A DNA stretch of 63,989 nt, filler included, from Myxococcota bacterium (GTDB taxonomy: Bacteria > Myxococcota > Myxococcia > Myxococcales > Myxococcaceae): the NCBI GenBank assembly GCA_049322255.1. It is 4 parts of 4 records of this genome, joined end to end, with 100 filler letters (N's around TTAATTAATTAA, not from the genome) between each part and the next. Parts side by side here need not be neighbours in the genome. Positions count along the whole stretch, not along the records: positions 1 to 30,181 come from JBMORE010000042.1; positions 30,282 to 59,496 come from JBMORE010000043.1; 2 more parts are not named here. One strand, 5' to 3'. This document shows, piece by piece, positions 25,196 through 37,854 of the stretch. Both the position numbers and the translations under genes were made by a program. The notes under the pieces are model-generated. The model worked only from the letters and a program-made list of their open reading frames with translations. It made no database searches and was not told where the DNA came from. The stretch's first letter is position 1. Each line of letters opens with the position of its first letter.

Positions 25196-26835
25196 CAAGC
25201 ACGGAAGCGGCGGGAGTCCTCCACCGTTTCCCGGTAGCGTTCGATTTCCTCCGTCGCGCGCGCCGGGCTCCAGCCGAGCGTTCGCGCGATGCGGTCGGCC
25301 ACCGCCGGCGCCACCGAGAGGCCCTGGTCGCGCCCGCGCAAGAGCAGCGGCACCCGCCGCCCAAGTACGTCGGTCAGCGTCAGCGCCTGCTCCTTCTCCA
25401 CCGCCTCATCCACCTCGGCCATCAGGTATGGCAGGTCGGGAGCGAGCAGCGCTCCAGCGGTGAGGTCGGCGGCCACTCGGGCGGCTACCTCGGGGGCGCG
25501 CACTCCGTAAGCATCGGCCAAGTGGCGGGCGCTCTTCTCGGAGAGGCCCTTCTCGCGCGCCAGCTCGGCGATGTCGGCCAGCTCCTCTTCGCCCGCGATG
25601 CCCACCGCGCCTGGCAAAGAACGCTCGGCGGTCGTGGAGGGCACGCGTTTGCCCAGCTGCGCGCCCACCGCGTCCACCACCTCGGCGGCGATGCGCCGGA
25701 AGGTGGTGAGCTTGCCGCCGGCGATGGTGACGAACCCCGGCTGGTCGATGAGCTGCTGCTCGCGCGAGACGTCGGAGGCGTCGACGGCGCCGCCTTGCGG
25801 CTTCACCAGCGGCCGCAATCCCGCCCAGGTGGCGAGCACGTCGACGTGGGCGAGGCGCGCCTGGGGAAAATAGTGGTTCGCGGTCTCGAGGATGTAGTCG
25901 ACGTCGTCGCGGGTGGCGACCACTCGATCGAGTGAGCCGTCGTAGAAAGTGTCGGTGGTTCCCAGCACCGAGCGCTCGCCCCAGGGAATGGCAAACATCA
26001 CCCGGCGGTCGCGGCGAGCGAGCATCAGCACGGCGTGGCGTAGGGGCAGCCGGGCGGCGTCGACCACCAGGTGCACGCCCTTGGTGGGTTTCAAAATCGG
26101 GCTCTCTCCGAGGAGGGCGCGCACCTCGTCCGACCAGGGGCCGGAGGCGTTCACCACCACCTTGGCCTTCACCGTCACCTCCCGAGGGTGGCCCGGCTCG
26201 GCGTCGGCGACCAGCGCTCCGTCGACGCGGCCCGTGGCGTCGCGGGTCAGGTTTTTCGCCCGTACGTGGTTGAGCACCACCGCCCCCAGCGCCCGCGCAT
26301 CGAGTGCGTTCTCCAGGGTGAGGCGCGCGTCGTCGGTGATGCAATCGTAGTAGATGATGCCGCCCTTGAGCTCTTCGGTGCGCAAGGAGGGCTCGAGCGC
26401 GACGAGCTTGGGGGCGCGAAAGGCGCGGTGGAGCTTGGGCGAGGAGAACTTGGAGAGGGCGTCGTAGATCCAAAGCCCAACGTCGAGCTTGAACAACCCC
26501 GGGCGCGACTCGCGGTAAGCAGGCACCAAAAAGGGCAGCGGCTTGACCAGGTGGGGAGCCAGCCGCAAGAGCAGCGCCCGCTCGTTGGTGCCCTCGAACA
26601 CCAGCTTGAACTGCGCGTGCTCGAGGTAGCGCAAGCCCCCGTGGATGAGCTTGGTGGACTTCGAGGAGGTTCCGGCGGCGAAGTCGGTCTTCTCCACCAG
26701 GGCCACCTTGAAGCCGCGCAGGGCCGCGTCTCGGGCCACCGCGCACCCGGTGACGCCGCCACCGATGACGAGCACGTCGAAAATGTCTTTGCCGAGCGCC
26801 TCGAAGGCCCGCTCGCGCGCGCCGACCGGGTCCAT
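25195..26835 (-). CDS. glpD: FAD-dependent glycerol-3-phosphate dehydrogenase
   Basis: DVLVIGGGVTG, GTSSKSTKLIHGGLRYL, DDARL, GGKLTTFR. Confidence 0.92.
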   Translation of the reverse strand: MDPVGARERAFEALGKDIFDVLVIGGGVTGCAVARDAALRGFKVALVEKTDFAAGTSSKSTKLIHGGLRYLEHAQFKLVFEGTNERALLLRLAPHLVKPLPFLVPAYRESRPGLFKLDVGLWIYDALSKFSSPKLHRAFRAPKLVALEPSLRTEELKGGIIYYDCITDDARLTLENALDARALGAVVLNHVRAKNLTRDATGRVDGALVADAEPGHPREVTVKAKVVVNASGPWSDEVRALLGESPILKPTKGVHLVVDAARLPLRHAVLMLARRDRRVMFAIPWGERSVLGTTDTFYDGSLDRVVATRDDVDYILETANHYFPQARLAHVDVLATWAGLRPLVKPQGGAVDASDVSREQQLIDQPGFVTIAGGKLTTFRRIAAEVVDAVGAQLGKRVPSTTAERSLPGAVGIAGEEELADIAELAREKGLSEKSARHLADAYGVRAPEVAARVAADLTAGALLAPDLPYLMAEVDEAVEKEQALTLTDVLGRRVPLLLRGRDQGLSVAPAVADRIARTLGWSPARATEEIERYRETVEDSRRFRA

Positions 26836-27257
26836 CAAATCTTCCGGCGCTTCCCCGTACGCTTGTACGTCACGTAGTCGGCGAGGATGGTCGAGTGGTC
26901 GAAGCACAGCTCTTTGGGCAGCTCGTGCAAGGAGAAGGTACGGGCTTCGGCGGCATCATCGGCGCCTTTGGGCGTCCCTTCCGCCCAGCCGATGAACACG
27001 GTGGAGAGGGTGTGCATGCGGGGGTCGCGCGCGGGGTCGGAGTAGGTGAAGAACTGCTCCGAGAGGTCCACCGAGAGCCCGGTCTCCTCCTTCACCTCGC
27101 GAATGCAGGCGTCGTGCAGGGTTTCGCCCGCATCCACGAAACCGCCGGGAAGCGACCAGCCGACCGGAGGGTTCTTCCGCCGCACCAGCACCACCTTGTC
27201 GCCGGGCATCTCCACGATGCAGTCTACGGTGGGGACGGGGTGCTTGCTGGCAGCCAT
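26835..27257 (-). CDS. Nudix hydrolase
   Basis: Nudix box [23 protein letters not shown]. Confidence 0.9.
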   Translation of the reverse strand: MAASKHPVPTVDCIVEMPGDKVVLVRRKNPPVGWSLPGGFVDAGETLHDACIREVKEETGLSVDLSEQFFTYSDPARDPRMHTLSTVFIGWAEGTPKGADDAAEARTFSLHELPKELCFDHSTILADYVTYKRTGKRRKI

Positions 27258-27373
27258 GCCGCGCACTCTACAGCGGAGTCGGGGGACCAACACCATCTTG
27301 CCGACTTCGCTTGCTCCGCCGACCTCCAGTCCATAGAAGGTCTCACATTCCAACTCGTCGAGGAGGTCTTTTC

Positions 27374-29338
<1,965 letters not shown>

Positions 29339-29341
29339 GCC

Positions 29342-30181
29342 CTGAGACACGTCACCGTTTGGCTGTGGCTGACCGCCGCGCTCGTGGGTTGCAAGGCGGT
29401 TCCCCTCATCCCCCAACCGCTCTCCAAGTTGGAGCGCCACGACCAGCCTGCGCTCGTCGAGGTGGCGCTGCAGGAGCTGATGGGCCGGGGCAACGGCCTC
29501 AAGAAGGAAAAGGTCGGCAAGTCGAAGGAAGAGGTCGACGCGCCTTACACCGCGCTCACCTACGACGATCAGACTTTCCTCATTCGCAAGGTCTTTCTCC
29601 CGGTGCTCGCGGACGAGGAAAACCTCGAGAAGCTGAAGGCGGCGCGCTGTGAGGGCGGCCAAGAGTGCAAAGGCGCCTTCTCACCCGACGAGGCATACAC
29701 CCACCCGGCGGTGAAGCTGGCGCTGACCCAGATTCTCATCGAGGGCCACCCCCGCGCCCAGACGCTCTGGGAGGATATGCTGGTGCACGTGGTAGAGACG
29801 GTGGGGGGGGCTCCCCATGCCATTTGCTACCGCAGCAAGCGCCGCCCCGAACCTGTGTTGGCGGTGGACGTGGACTGCCCCGAGTTGTGGAAGGAATCGG
29901 CCTGGGACGGGTACCGCCGCGTCTTCAGCGCCAAGGCGTACTTTTTCGACACGGTGCCCATGGACAAGCGCTCGCCCGCAGCGCTCGAACAAACCAAGGC
30001 CTACTTGAACGAGCTGGCCAAGACCAAGGGGCGCGAGGGGTACGCCCGAAAGCTTCTCGACGAGCTGCGCGAGGCGACGAAAGACAGGTTGGTCGGCGGG
30101 GACGAGACGATGGACCAGCAGGAAGAGGAGCCTCCTCCGCCACCGAAGAAGAAAAAGAAGCCGAAGAAACGGCGCCGCTAG
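29342..30181 (+). CDS. Hypothetical lipoprotein with basic C-terminal tail
   Basis: LRHVTVWLWLTAALVGC signal/lipobox; requires a CTG start; ends PPPPPKKKKKPKKRRR. Confidence 0.6.
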   Translation: MRHVTVWLWLTAALVGCKAVPLIPQPLSKLERHDQPALVEVALQELMGRGNGLKKEKVGKSKEEVDAPYTALTYDDQTFLIRKVFLPVLADEENLEKLKAARCEGGQECKGAFSPDEAYTHPAVKLALTQILIEGHPRAQTLWEDMLVHVVETVGGAPHAICYRSKRRPEPVLAVDVDCPELWKESAWDGYRRVFSAKAYFFDTVPMDKRSPAALEQTKAYLNELAKTKGREGYARKLLDELREATKDRLVGGDETMDQQEEEPPPPPKKKKKPKKRRR

Positions 30182-30281
30182 NNNNNNNNNNNNNNNNNNN
30201 NNNNNNNNNNNNNNNNNNNNNNNNNTTAATTAATTAANNNNNNNNNNNNNNNNNNNNNNNNNNNNNNNNNNNNNNNNNNNN
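30182..30281. other. Artificial contig linker
   Basis: N44-TTAATTAATTAA-N44. Confidence 0.98.
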
Positions 30282-31544
30282 GAAAACCAGGACGTCGAGC
30301 TGCGCGGCTGGCTCTACAACAAGCGCTCGAGCGGCAAGCTGCACTTTCTCCAAGTTCGCGACGGCAGCGGCGTCATTCAAGCGGTGATGTTCAAGGGCGA
30401 CGTCAGCCCGGAGCAGTTCACCCAAGCCGACCACTTGGGCCAGGAGACCTCGCTCAAGGTGCAGGGCACGGTGCGCGCCGACAAGCGCAACCCCTTGGGC
30501 TTCGAGCTGGGGGTCAAGCACCTGGAAGTGCTGCACGAGACGAAGGACTACCCCATCACCCCCAAGGAGCACGGGGTCGCCTACCTCATGGAGCACCGTC
30601 ACCTGTGGCTGCGCTCCGCACGTCAGAACGTCATCCTTCGCGTGCGCCACACGGTGGAGAAGGCGATTCGCGACTACTTCGACCAGAACGCCTTCACCTT
30701 GGTGGACGCGCCCATCTTCACCCCTTCAGCTTGCGAAGGCACCAGCACCCTCTTCGAGGTGCCCTACTTCGACTTGGGCAAGGCCTACCTCACCCAGTCG
30801 GGGCAGCTGTACATGGAGGCTGCGGCGATGGCCTTAGGCAGGGTGTACTGCTTCGGCCCCACCTTTCGCGCCGAGAAGAGCAAGACCCGCCGCCACCTGA
30901 CCGAGTTTTGGATGGTGGAGCCCGAAGTGGCCTACATGACCCTCGAGGAGGACATGGAGCTGGCCCAAGGGCTCATCTGCTTCATCGTCGAGCGGGTGCT
31001 GGAGAAGCACGCAAAGGAGCTCAAAGAAGTGCTCGAGCGAGACCTCTCCAAGCTCGAGGCGGTGAAGAAACCTTTTCCCCGCATCACCTACACCGAGGCG
31101 ATCGAGCGCCTTTCGAAGGCCGGCCACCCCTCGAAGTGGGGTGACGACTTCGGCGGCGACGAGGAAACGGTGCTGGCGAGCCAGTTCGACCGGCCGGTCA
31201 TCGTGCACCGCTACCCTGCGGACCTGAAGGCCTTCTACTTCAAGCGCGACCCGGCCGACCCCAAGGTCGCCCTGGGGATGGACGTGCTCGCCCCCGAGGG
31301 CTACGGGGAGATCATCGGCGGCGGCCAGCGCGAAGAAGACCTCTCCGAGCTGGTCAAGCGTATCGAGCAGCACCAGCTGCCGATGGACGCGTTCCAGTGG
31401 TACCTCGACCTGCGCAAATACGGCAGCGTTCCTCACGCGGGCTTCGGGTTGGGGGTGGAGCGCACCGTGGCCTGGATGTGCGGGCTGCACCACGTGCGCG
31501 AGACGATTCCCTTCGCGCGGATGATGGAGCGCATCACCCCTTAG
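30282..31544 (+). CDS. asnS: Asparagine-tRNA ligase (5' end cut by the contig boundary)
   Basis: [60 protein letters not shown]. Confidence 0.93.
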   Translation, partial: ENQDVELRGWLYNKRSSGKLHFLQVRDGSGVIQAVMFKGDVSPEQFTQADHLGQETSLKVQGTVRADKRNPLGFELGVKHLEVLHETKDYPITPKEHGVAYLMEHRHLWLRSARQNVILRVRHTVEKAIRDYFDQNAFTLVDAPIFTPSACEGTSTLFEVPYFDLGKAYLTQSGQLYMEAAAMALGRVYCFGPTFRAEKSKTRRHLTEFWMVEPEVAYMTLEEDMELAQGLICFIVERVLEKHAKELKEVLERDLSKLEAVKKPFPRITYTEAIERLSKAGHPSKWGDDFGGDEETVLASQFDRPVIVHRYPADLKAFYFKRDPADPKVALGMDVLAPEGYGEIIGGGQREEDLSELVKRIEQHQLPMDAFQWYLDLRKYGSVPHAGFGLGVERTVAWMCGLHHVRETIPFARMMERITP

Positions 31545-32212
31545 GTGTCGAAAAGCAGCCCCACCGACAGTTGCAAAAGGTTGCTCCCGTTCGACTTCAC
31601 CACCTGGTCTCCCTGCACCAGGGTGGTGGGGCTGTGCATCAAGGACAGCTCGGGCAGAAGCGTGAAGCTAGGCCGAAGCCGCCAGGCGAACCCCACCGAC
31701 GCTCCAAAGAGGACGGCGTTGACGGTGTTTGCGCCAGGGCTGGTCCACAGCTGGTCCACCACCCGCGGGCCGAGAATGAGTTGGTGGCGCTCGCTGAAGT
31801 TGAAGCCCAGCATCAGGGTCAACGACGCCACTCCCGCCCGCGAAGGCGCCCCGCCCAGCGTCACCTGGTGGTAGCCGGCGGCCGTTGCCAGCGCGACGTC
31901 GGTGCCTTTCGCCGACGTCTGCGAGCGCCGAAGCTGGATCTTCCCCTCGAGGGCACCGCCGAAGGTGGAAAAGCCGCGCCCAGGCAGCCCCCACAGACGC
32001 ACCCCGCCCTCCAGGCGCTCGGTGAAGCCACGCCGCGCCCCCGCCTCCACCACCACCGAGGGCAGCACCATTCCCCCTGCGCGCAAGACACCCAGCGATG
32101 GAGCGGCGACGACTTCCGTGTGCCCCACCTCGAGGGTGCGCGCCCGCCCCAGAGGCCCCACCGACGCGCAGCCGCAGGCGAAGGCGGCAACGCCCCAAAG
32201 CCAAAACCTCAC
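31541..32212 (-). CDS. Hypothetical lipoprotein/outer-membrane beta-strand protein
   Basis: [15 protein letters not shown] signal; amphipathic strands; GTGA-coupled to the monooxygenase. Confidence 0.55.
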   Translation of the reverse strand: MRFWLWGVAAFACGCASVGPLGRARTLEVGHTEVVAAPSLGVLRAGGMVLPSVVVEAGARRGFTERLEGGVRLWGLPGRGFSTFGGALEGKIQLRRSQTSAKGTDVALATAAGYHQVTLGGAPSRAGVASLTLMLGFNFSERHQLILGPRVVDQLWTSPGANTVNAVLFGASVGFAWRLRPSFTLLPELSLMHSPTTLVQGDQVVKSNGSNLLQLSVGLLFDT

Positions 32213-33534
32213 TCCGCCTCCACGAAGTTGAAGAACCCGGCGCACATGTCTTCGTCCTCGCCCCAATCGATGTCGTGCGGCACGCGCTGCTTGGTGCCGG
32301 CGGCCACCGCGGGGTTGGAGGGCGAGTTGTTGAAGCGGCACTCGATGAACAGCTGGTCGCCGGGGCGAAGGGTGGTGGGTTCCTTGAACCAGTAGTAGCC
32401 CTGCCAGTGCAGGTCCCACCGGGGGATGTGCAAGAGACACTCGCGGCTGCCGTCTTGACGCACGACGCCCAACGTCCCGGCAAAGGCGTACTCGTGCATG
32501 TGGATGTTCGCCGAGTAGAGCTTCATCGCCTTGCCCCGGCCGAACAGCCCGGTGGGGTCGAACTGGTAAGAGTACGGCACGTCGCTGGCGCCCGCCTTCA
32601 CCGTCATCGCCCCGTCCACCAGCCACATCGGGTTGGCCACGGTCACCGTGCGGAACGGCCGTGCTGTCTCGTCGACCTTGAGCTCGACCACCGTCTGGTC
32701 GGGCGCCGGCGGCGAATAAGCCACGCTGTAGTGAATGTTGAGGATGAGCTTTGCGCCTCCCTCCACCCGCACCCCCAGCCCGTCGGGAAAGTCGAGCCCG
32801 GGGCCACCCGGCTCCCAGCCCCCGATGGTGCCGGTGACGCGCGCGCGGGCGAAGCCACCGTTGCAGTCGAAGCCCGGGCCTTCGCTGCGCTCATCGAGCT
32901 CGTCCAAGACGGACAGGTCGTCTCCCGATGCGATGGCCAAGATGACGTGGTGCACCAGCTCACGCCGCCCGGGGATGATGTTCACCCCGGTGACGAAGCG
33001 GGTGTCCGCCGCGGGCCAGTCGAGTACGAAGCAGCGCATGTCATCGCTGGTGCCCGTAGGGGGCTTGGGCACGTACGGCTCGGGCATCGAGGCGCGGACA
33101 TCGACTCGCGAAAGGCCCACGGAGGGCGCGGGGCCCGGTTCTGCAAAAGCCGTCCCCTCCGGTGCTCCTTGGTCGATCCACGCGGTGACAATGGCCACCT
33201 CCGCATCGCTCATCGAGCGATCGAAGAGGTACTCGTTGCAGCACTTCGCCGGCAACCATGGCGGCATCGCCCGCTGCTCCACCGCCTGGCGCACCGCGTG
33301 GCGCTTGGCGAAGACCTCCTGGTAGGTGGTGAGCGGGAACGGCCCCGCCCCGCCCGCCACGTGGCAGCCTTTGCACCGCGCCAAGAGAATCGGCTCGACG
33401 TCGGCCAGGTAGGTCAGCCCTGCCCCGGCGTCGACGGAGGCGCGCTCGTCGCTGCACGCTGGCGCGACGTCTCGACGGTCGGCGCACGCCGCAGCCACCA
33501 CCCACAGCAAGGGACTCCATCGAAGCAGCCGCAT
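32209..33534 (-). CDS. Copper type II ascorbate-dependent monooxygenase-like lipoprotein with c-type heme motif
   Basis: Lipobox AAAC; CKGCH; VHHV, HMH and EDMC copper-ligand motifs; WDLHWQ. Confidence 0.75.
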   Translation of the reverse strand: MRLLRWSPLLWVVAAACADRRDVAPACSDERASVDAGAGLTYLADVEPILLARCKGCHVAGGAGPFPLTTYQEVFAKRHAVRQAVEQRAMPPWLPAKCCNEYLFDRSMSDAEVAIVTAWIDQGAPEGTAFAEPGPAPSVGLSRVDVRASMPEPYVPKPPTGTSDDMRCFVLDWPAADTRFVTGVNIIPGRRELVHHVILAIASGDDLSVLDELDERSEGPGFDCNGGFARARVTGTIGGWEPGGPGLDFPDGLGVRVEGGAKLILNIHYSVAYSPPAPDQTVVELKVDETARPFRTVTVANPMWLVDGAMTVKAGASDVPYSYQFDPTGLFGRGKAMKLYSANIHMHEYAFAGTLGVVRQDGSRECLLHIPRWDLHWQGYYWFKEPTTLRPGDQLFIECRFNNSPSNPAVAAGTKQRVPHDIDWGEDEDMCAGFFNFVEAE

Positions 33535-33548
33535 GGCGAGCCGGCTTT

Positions 33549-33926
33549 TTAGTCTACCTCGAGCAGCTGCTTCACCGTCTCGAGCACCAGCGGCGCCTGC
33601 ACCGGCTTGACCAGGTACGCGCTCGCTCCCAGCTTCATCGCTCGGGCGCGGTCTGTCTCGGCGCTCTCGGTGGTGATGACGATGATCGGCACCGCGCTCT
33701 TCTTCTTGTCCTGGCGAATGTGGCCGATGAGCTTGAGCCCGTCGAGCAGCGGCATGTTGATGTCGGTGAGCACGATGTCGAAGGCTCCTTCGGCGAACTT
33801 ACGCAGTGCCTCGGCCCCGTCCTGCGCCTCGACACACACCACGTTCCCCATGCGCTGAAGCGCGTACATGAGGCTTTTGCGCATCGCCTGGGAGTCGTCG
33901 ACGACCAGCGCGTGGATGGGCGACAT
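33549..33926 (-). CDS. cheY: CheY-like response regulator
   Basis: VVDDS, LTDINMP, ITT, YLVKP. Confidence 0.88.
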   Translation of the reverse strand: MSPIHALVVDDSQAMRKSLMYALQRMGNVVCVEAQDGAEALRKFAEGAFDIVLTDINMPLLDGLKLIGHIRQDKKKSAVPIIVITTESAETDRARAMKLGASAYLVKPVQAPLVLETVKQLLEVD

Positions 33927-33975
33927 GAGCGAGGAAGTTAGCACGGCACCTCGCGGTCTCTCACCAGGTTGGGGT

Positions 33976-34007
33976 CCTTCACCCTTGCCCTCTCCCATGG
34001 GGAGAGC
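33976..34007 (+). repeat. REP-like hairpin containing the cheB stop
   Basis: CCTTCACCCTTGCCCTCTCCCATGGGGAGAGC. Confidence 0.8.
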
Positions 34008-35025
34008 GATGAGCGAGCGAAGATACGAGAGAAGGGCCGAGCTCTCCGAGCGGGAGCACGTGCTTCACCGCGCCGGTGGCGATCGCCTCCTTGGGCATCC
34101 CGAAGACGACCGCCGTCTCCTCCGACTCGGCCCACACCGCCCCACCGGCACGGGCGATGTCCTGCGCCCCCTTTGCACCGTCGGCGCCCATCCCGGTCAG
34201 CACCACGCCCATGGCTTCGCGGCCCAGGCACGAGGCGACGCTGGCGAAGAGCCGATCTACCGAAGGGGCGTGCTTGTCGTCGTCTTCGGGCGCCGCGACG
34301 CGCACCGAAAGCTGGCCCTTCTTATCGGCGAGCAACAGGTGCCTTCCCCCCGGCGCGATGTACGCGTGGCCTGAGCGCACCATGTCGCCGTCTTGGGCTT
34401 CACTCACGCTGAAGGAGCCGATGCGGTCCAGCCGATCGGCGAAGGCGCGGGTAAACCGCGGGGGCATGTGCTGGCTGACCAATAAACACACTGGCTGACC
34501 AGCCATCGACTCGAGCAAGCGCTGTACCGCGGGCGGCCCGCCGGTCGACGCTCCCACCGCAATCACCTGCACCGCGCGGTCCGGCCCGGCCACTCCGGTA
34601 CGCACCGCCGCCCCACCTGCGCGCCGCCAAAGCCGCACCGCCCTCACCTTCTCGAGCAGCTCCTTGCGCAGGCGCTCCAGCTGCTCTTTGTCGGGGCGGG
34701 CCGGCTTGGCGATGAAGTCGAGCGCGCCCAACTCGAGCGCCTTGAACACGTCGGAGCTGTGCGCGTACGAAGACAGGACGATCACCGGCGTCGGGGTGTG
34801 GGCCATGAGCAACCGCAAAAAGGAAAAGCCATCGAGCTTGGGCATCTCCAGATCGAGGGTGATGACGTCGGGCCGCAGGAGCGTCGCCTTCTTCAGGCCC
34901 TCCTCGCCGTCCCGAGCACGGTCGACCACCTTCACGTCGGGAACGGACTCGAGCAGCTGGGTGATCGCCCTCCGGTTGACCGCCGAGTCGTCGATCACCA
35001 GGACCTGCAGAGGCGCAAGGCTCAT
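33979..35025 (-). CDS. cheB: Chemotaxis methylesterase
   Basis: REC domain + GASTGG, QHMP, LTGMGADG. Confidence 0.93.
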   Translation of the reverse strand: MSLAPLQVLVIDDSAVNRRAITQLLESVPDVKVVDRARDGEEGLKKATLLRPDVITLDLEMPKLDGFSFLRLLMAHTPTPVIVLSSYAHSSDVFKALELGALDFIAKPARPDKEQLERLRKELLEKVRAVRLWRRAGGAAVRTGVAGPDRAVQVIAVGASTGGPPAVQRLLESMAGQPVCLLVSQHMPPRFTRAFADRLDRIGSFSVSEAQDGDMVRSGHAYIAPGGRHLLLADKKGQLSVRVAAPEDDDKHAPSVDRLFASVASCLGREAMGVVLTGMGADGAKGAQDIARAGGAVWAESEETAVVFGMPKEAIATGAVKHVLPLGELGPSLVSSLAHRSPHGRGQG

Positions 35026-35891
35026 TCACCCTCCTTTGGGCGCAGGGGCCGGCGATAGACCAAGTCCGACTCGAGGTGCACCAGCTCGAAGTCGGCGGTG
35101 GAAGAAATCAAATTCTCGGAGTGACCGAGCAGAAGGTACCCGCCTTCCACCAGCTTCTCGTGGAACATCCGGAGCACCCGCTTCCGCGCGGGAGCATCGA
35201 AGTAGATCATCACGTTGCGGCAGAAGACCACGTCCATCCGGGGGACGAGCTGGCTCATCTCGGCGTCGAGCAGATTCAAGTGACCGAAGGAAACCAGCGC
35301 GCGCGCGTTCTCCTTCACCTGCTTCCTGTGGGCGCCGGCGGGCAAAAAATAACGCTCGATCAACGAGGCGGGAGTGGCGCGCAGGGCCGAGGCGCCGTAC
35401 TCCGCGCGCCGGGCGGTGGCGAGCACCCGCTTGGAGATGTCGGTGCCGTACACCTCCACGTCCCACCCTTCGAAGCGCCGGCTCTCCAAAAGCAGCATGG
35501 CGAGGGTGTAGGCCTCCTCCCCCGAGCTGCACCCCGCCGACCAGATGCGCAGGCGCCGCGCGGAGGCGTTGGCTTTCGCCAACAGCGGCAAGAGCTCTTC
35601 GTAGAAGGCGGAAAGCTGTAATGGCTCGCGAAAAAAGTAGGTCTCGTGGGTGGTGAGGGCCTCGATCGCCAGCTCGAGCTCGACCTGGCGCCGCTCGTCG
35701 TAGCGCAGACAGCGGTAATAGGCGCCGAAGTCGAACAGGCCGAGGGCCTCCAGGCGTGGCCACAGCCGCCGCTCCATCACGAACTGCATCTCCTCCCGCA
35801 CCAGGATGCCGCAGTGGTCGTGGACCAGGTCGCGCAAGAGCCGAAACTCCTCGGGGGTCATCTTCGGACGGCTGTCGTCGAGCAGCGCCAC
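35022..35891 (-). CDS. cheR: Chemotaxis methyltransferase
   Basis: TTHETYFFRE, WSAGCSSGEE.Y, CRNVMIYF, LLLGHSE. Confidence 0.93.
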   Translation of the reverse strand: MALLDDSRPKMTPEEFRLLRDLVHDHCGILVREEMQFVMERRLWPRLEALGLFDFGAYYRCLRYDERRQVELELAIEALTTHETYFFREPLQLSAFYEELLPLLAKANASARRLRIWSAGCSSGEEAYTLAMLLLESRRFEGWDVEVYGTDISKRVLATARRAEYGASALRATPASLIERYFLPAGAHRKQVKENARALVSFGHLNLLDAEMSQLVPRMDVVFCRNVMIYFDAPARKRVLRMFHEKLVEGGYLLLGHSENLISSTADFELVHLESDLVYRRPLRPKEGE

Positions 35892-35895
35892 GGCT

Positions 35896-37854
35896 CTAAC
35901 GCACCGCGAGCTTGGCGGCCGCCTCTTCCAGGGCCAGTCGAGCCAGGGGGTCGGCTTCGCGCGCCAACGCCTCTTGTAGGTGCGGCCGGCTCTCCGCTCC
36001 CCCTGAATCACCCAGCACCCGGGCCGCCGCCGCGCGCACGTCCCACCGGGGGTGGGACAGCCGCGCCACCGCCTCGGCGACCCCCTCGGGCATCCAGGCG
36101 CCAGCGGCGAGCGCCGCCTTCACCACCTCCGGGTCGGGGTGCCGCACCGCCCGCGCCAACGCCGCCGGGGTGAAGCGACCCAGCCGTTCGAGCGAGCGCA
36201 CCGCCTCCAGCGCGCACAACCCATCGGGAGCGTCGACCAGCCGTTCCAAGGCTTCGCCGACGTCGACGGCCCCCGCGTCGCCCGCAGCCGCGATGGCCGC
36301 CACCTGCACCGCGGCATCCTCATCGCCCAAGGCCACCTTGAGCAGCGACGCGGCCTGCGCGCCCGAGAGCTTTCCCAGTGCACGGGCCGCCGCCTGCCGT
36401 ACCGGTGCCGCCTCGTCGGCCAGCGCGTGCTGGGCGAGCGCCCATGCCTCCTCTCCTCCCACCTCGCAGACCGCCTCCGCCGCCGCCGCGCGGACAGCGA
36501 AGTCGGCGTGCCGTAGCGCCGACTTGAGCACCGGCAGGGCTTCGGTACCCGCCACCTGGGCAAGGGCCAACACCACGTGGGGCGAAGTGGGCGCAGCGGC
36601 AAAGAGCGCCTCGCGCACCGGGGCGCGAAACGTCTCTGCCAGCATCACCAACGCGCGCGCGGCGGCCGGCGCCCAGGCGCTGTCACCGAGAAGCCCGGCG
36701 AGCTTCTCCACCGCCGCGCTCGACCGCGAACGTCCCAGCGCCCGCACCGCCGAAGACACCAGCTCGGGCTCGCCCCCTTCCACCAGCGCCCACAACGGCT
36801 CGACCAGGGAGGGGTCGGCCAGCTCTTCGAGCGCGGCCGCGGCCGCCGACTGCGCGCTCGCCGACAGCGTGGGCAGCCGCGCCAGCAGCGCGCGGCCAGC
36901 CGGTGGACCCAAGCGGGAAAGGGTACGAATCACCAGCTCGGCGAGCCGGCCGTCTTGGGCGGCCTCGGCGACCTCCGCGGCGAGCGCCGTCTCCCGCAAG
37001 GCGGCCACAGCAAGGAGGGCGCCGGCGCGGACCTCGAGCTGCTCGTGGGCGAGGGCTTGGGAAAGAAGGCCCAAGAGCTCTCCCACCCCGCGCAAGCCGG
37101 AACGGATCGCCGCCTCCAGCTCGGCGCGCCGCGGGCCCTCGAGCAAGGAGCGCTGCATGCCCACGGCGGCGAAGGCCGCTTGGCGCACCGAACGTACTTC
37201 GCTGGAAAGGCCTCGGCAGATTCGCTCCATCGCCGCTGGTTGCTCGATGAGGCCGAGCAGGCGGTAAGCGCTGGCGCGCAGCATCGGGTCCTCGAGCAAT
37301 GGCACCAGGACCGGCAGCGGTGGAGCATGGCGCAGCGCCCCCAAGGCCTGGAGCGCGCACAGCTGCAAGAGAGGCTCCGGCGAGGCGACGAGCTTCTCCA
37401 CCGTCCGGGTGGCTGCCTCGCCGCCGATGCGGCCGAGCGCCTCCGCCGCCGAGGCGCGCACGTTCAAGTCTGGATCGTCGAGCGCAGCCTCCAACGCGGA
37501 CACCGCCGAGGTACCGCCCGCCTCTCCCAGAATGTCGGCGGCGAACTTGCGCTGGTCCGGATCGTCGTGGCGCAAAAGACCCACCAGGGCCGGCGCCGCC
37601 ACCACGCCCAGGCGAGAAAGCACCTCGGCAGCGGCGTTGCGCGCGCCTGTCTGTCCGCGGTCGGCGAGCACCTGGAGGAGCCGGGGCACCAAGGGCTCCA
37701 GCGAAGCAGCGCGGCAGAGCTGCTCGGTGGCCGCTTTGCGTACGCGCCAGCTCTCGTCGTAGAGCCCCTGCACCAAGGGCTCGAGGCTCTCGGGCTTCGC
37801 CGGGTGGAGGGAGAGGAGGGCGCGGTAACGGGCTTCTTCGTCGGCGCTGCTCAT
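35896..37854 (-). CDS. HEAT-repeat protein of the chemosensory cluster
   Basis: Repeated D....VR..AA.ALG motifs; ATGA overlap with cheW. Confidence 0.85.
   Translation of the reverse strand: MSSADEEARYRALLSLHPAKPESLEPLVQGLYDESWRVRKAATEQLCRAASLEPLVPRLLQVLADRGQTGARNAAAEVLSRLGVVAAPALVGLLRHDDPDQRKFAADILGEAGGTSAVSALEAALDDPDLNVRASAAEALGRIGGEAATRTVEKLVASPEPLLQLCALQALGALRHAPPLPVLVPLLEDPMLRASAYRLLGLIEQPAAMERICRGLSSEVRSVRQAAFAAVGMQRSLLEGPRRAELEAAIRSGLRGVGELLGLLSQALAHEQLEVRAGALLAVAALRETALAAEVAEAAQDGRLAELVIRTLSRLGPPAGRALLARLPTLSASAQSAAAAALEELADPSLVEPLWALVEGGEPELVSSAVRALGRSRSSAAVEKLAGLLGDSAWAPAAARALVMLAETFRAPVREALFAAAPTSPHVVLALAQVAGTEALPVLKSALRHADFAVRAAAAEAVCEVGGEEAWALAQHALADEAAPVRQAAARALGKLSGAQAASLLKVALGDEDAAVQVAAIAAAGDAGAVDVGEALERLVDAPDGLCALEAVRSLERLGRFTPAALARAVRHPDPEVVKAALAAGAWMPEGVAEAVARLSHPRWDVRAAAARVLGDSGGAESRPHLQEALAREADPLARLALEEAAAKLAVR

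Noticed and set aside
30182..30281. TTAATTAATTAA motif (also near 59541 and 62165) as a biological site
   Set aside because: All-frame stop spacer flanked by Ns; an artificial concatenation linker.
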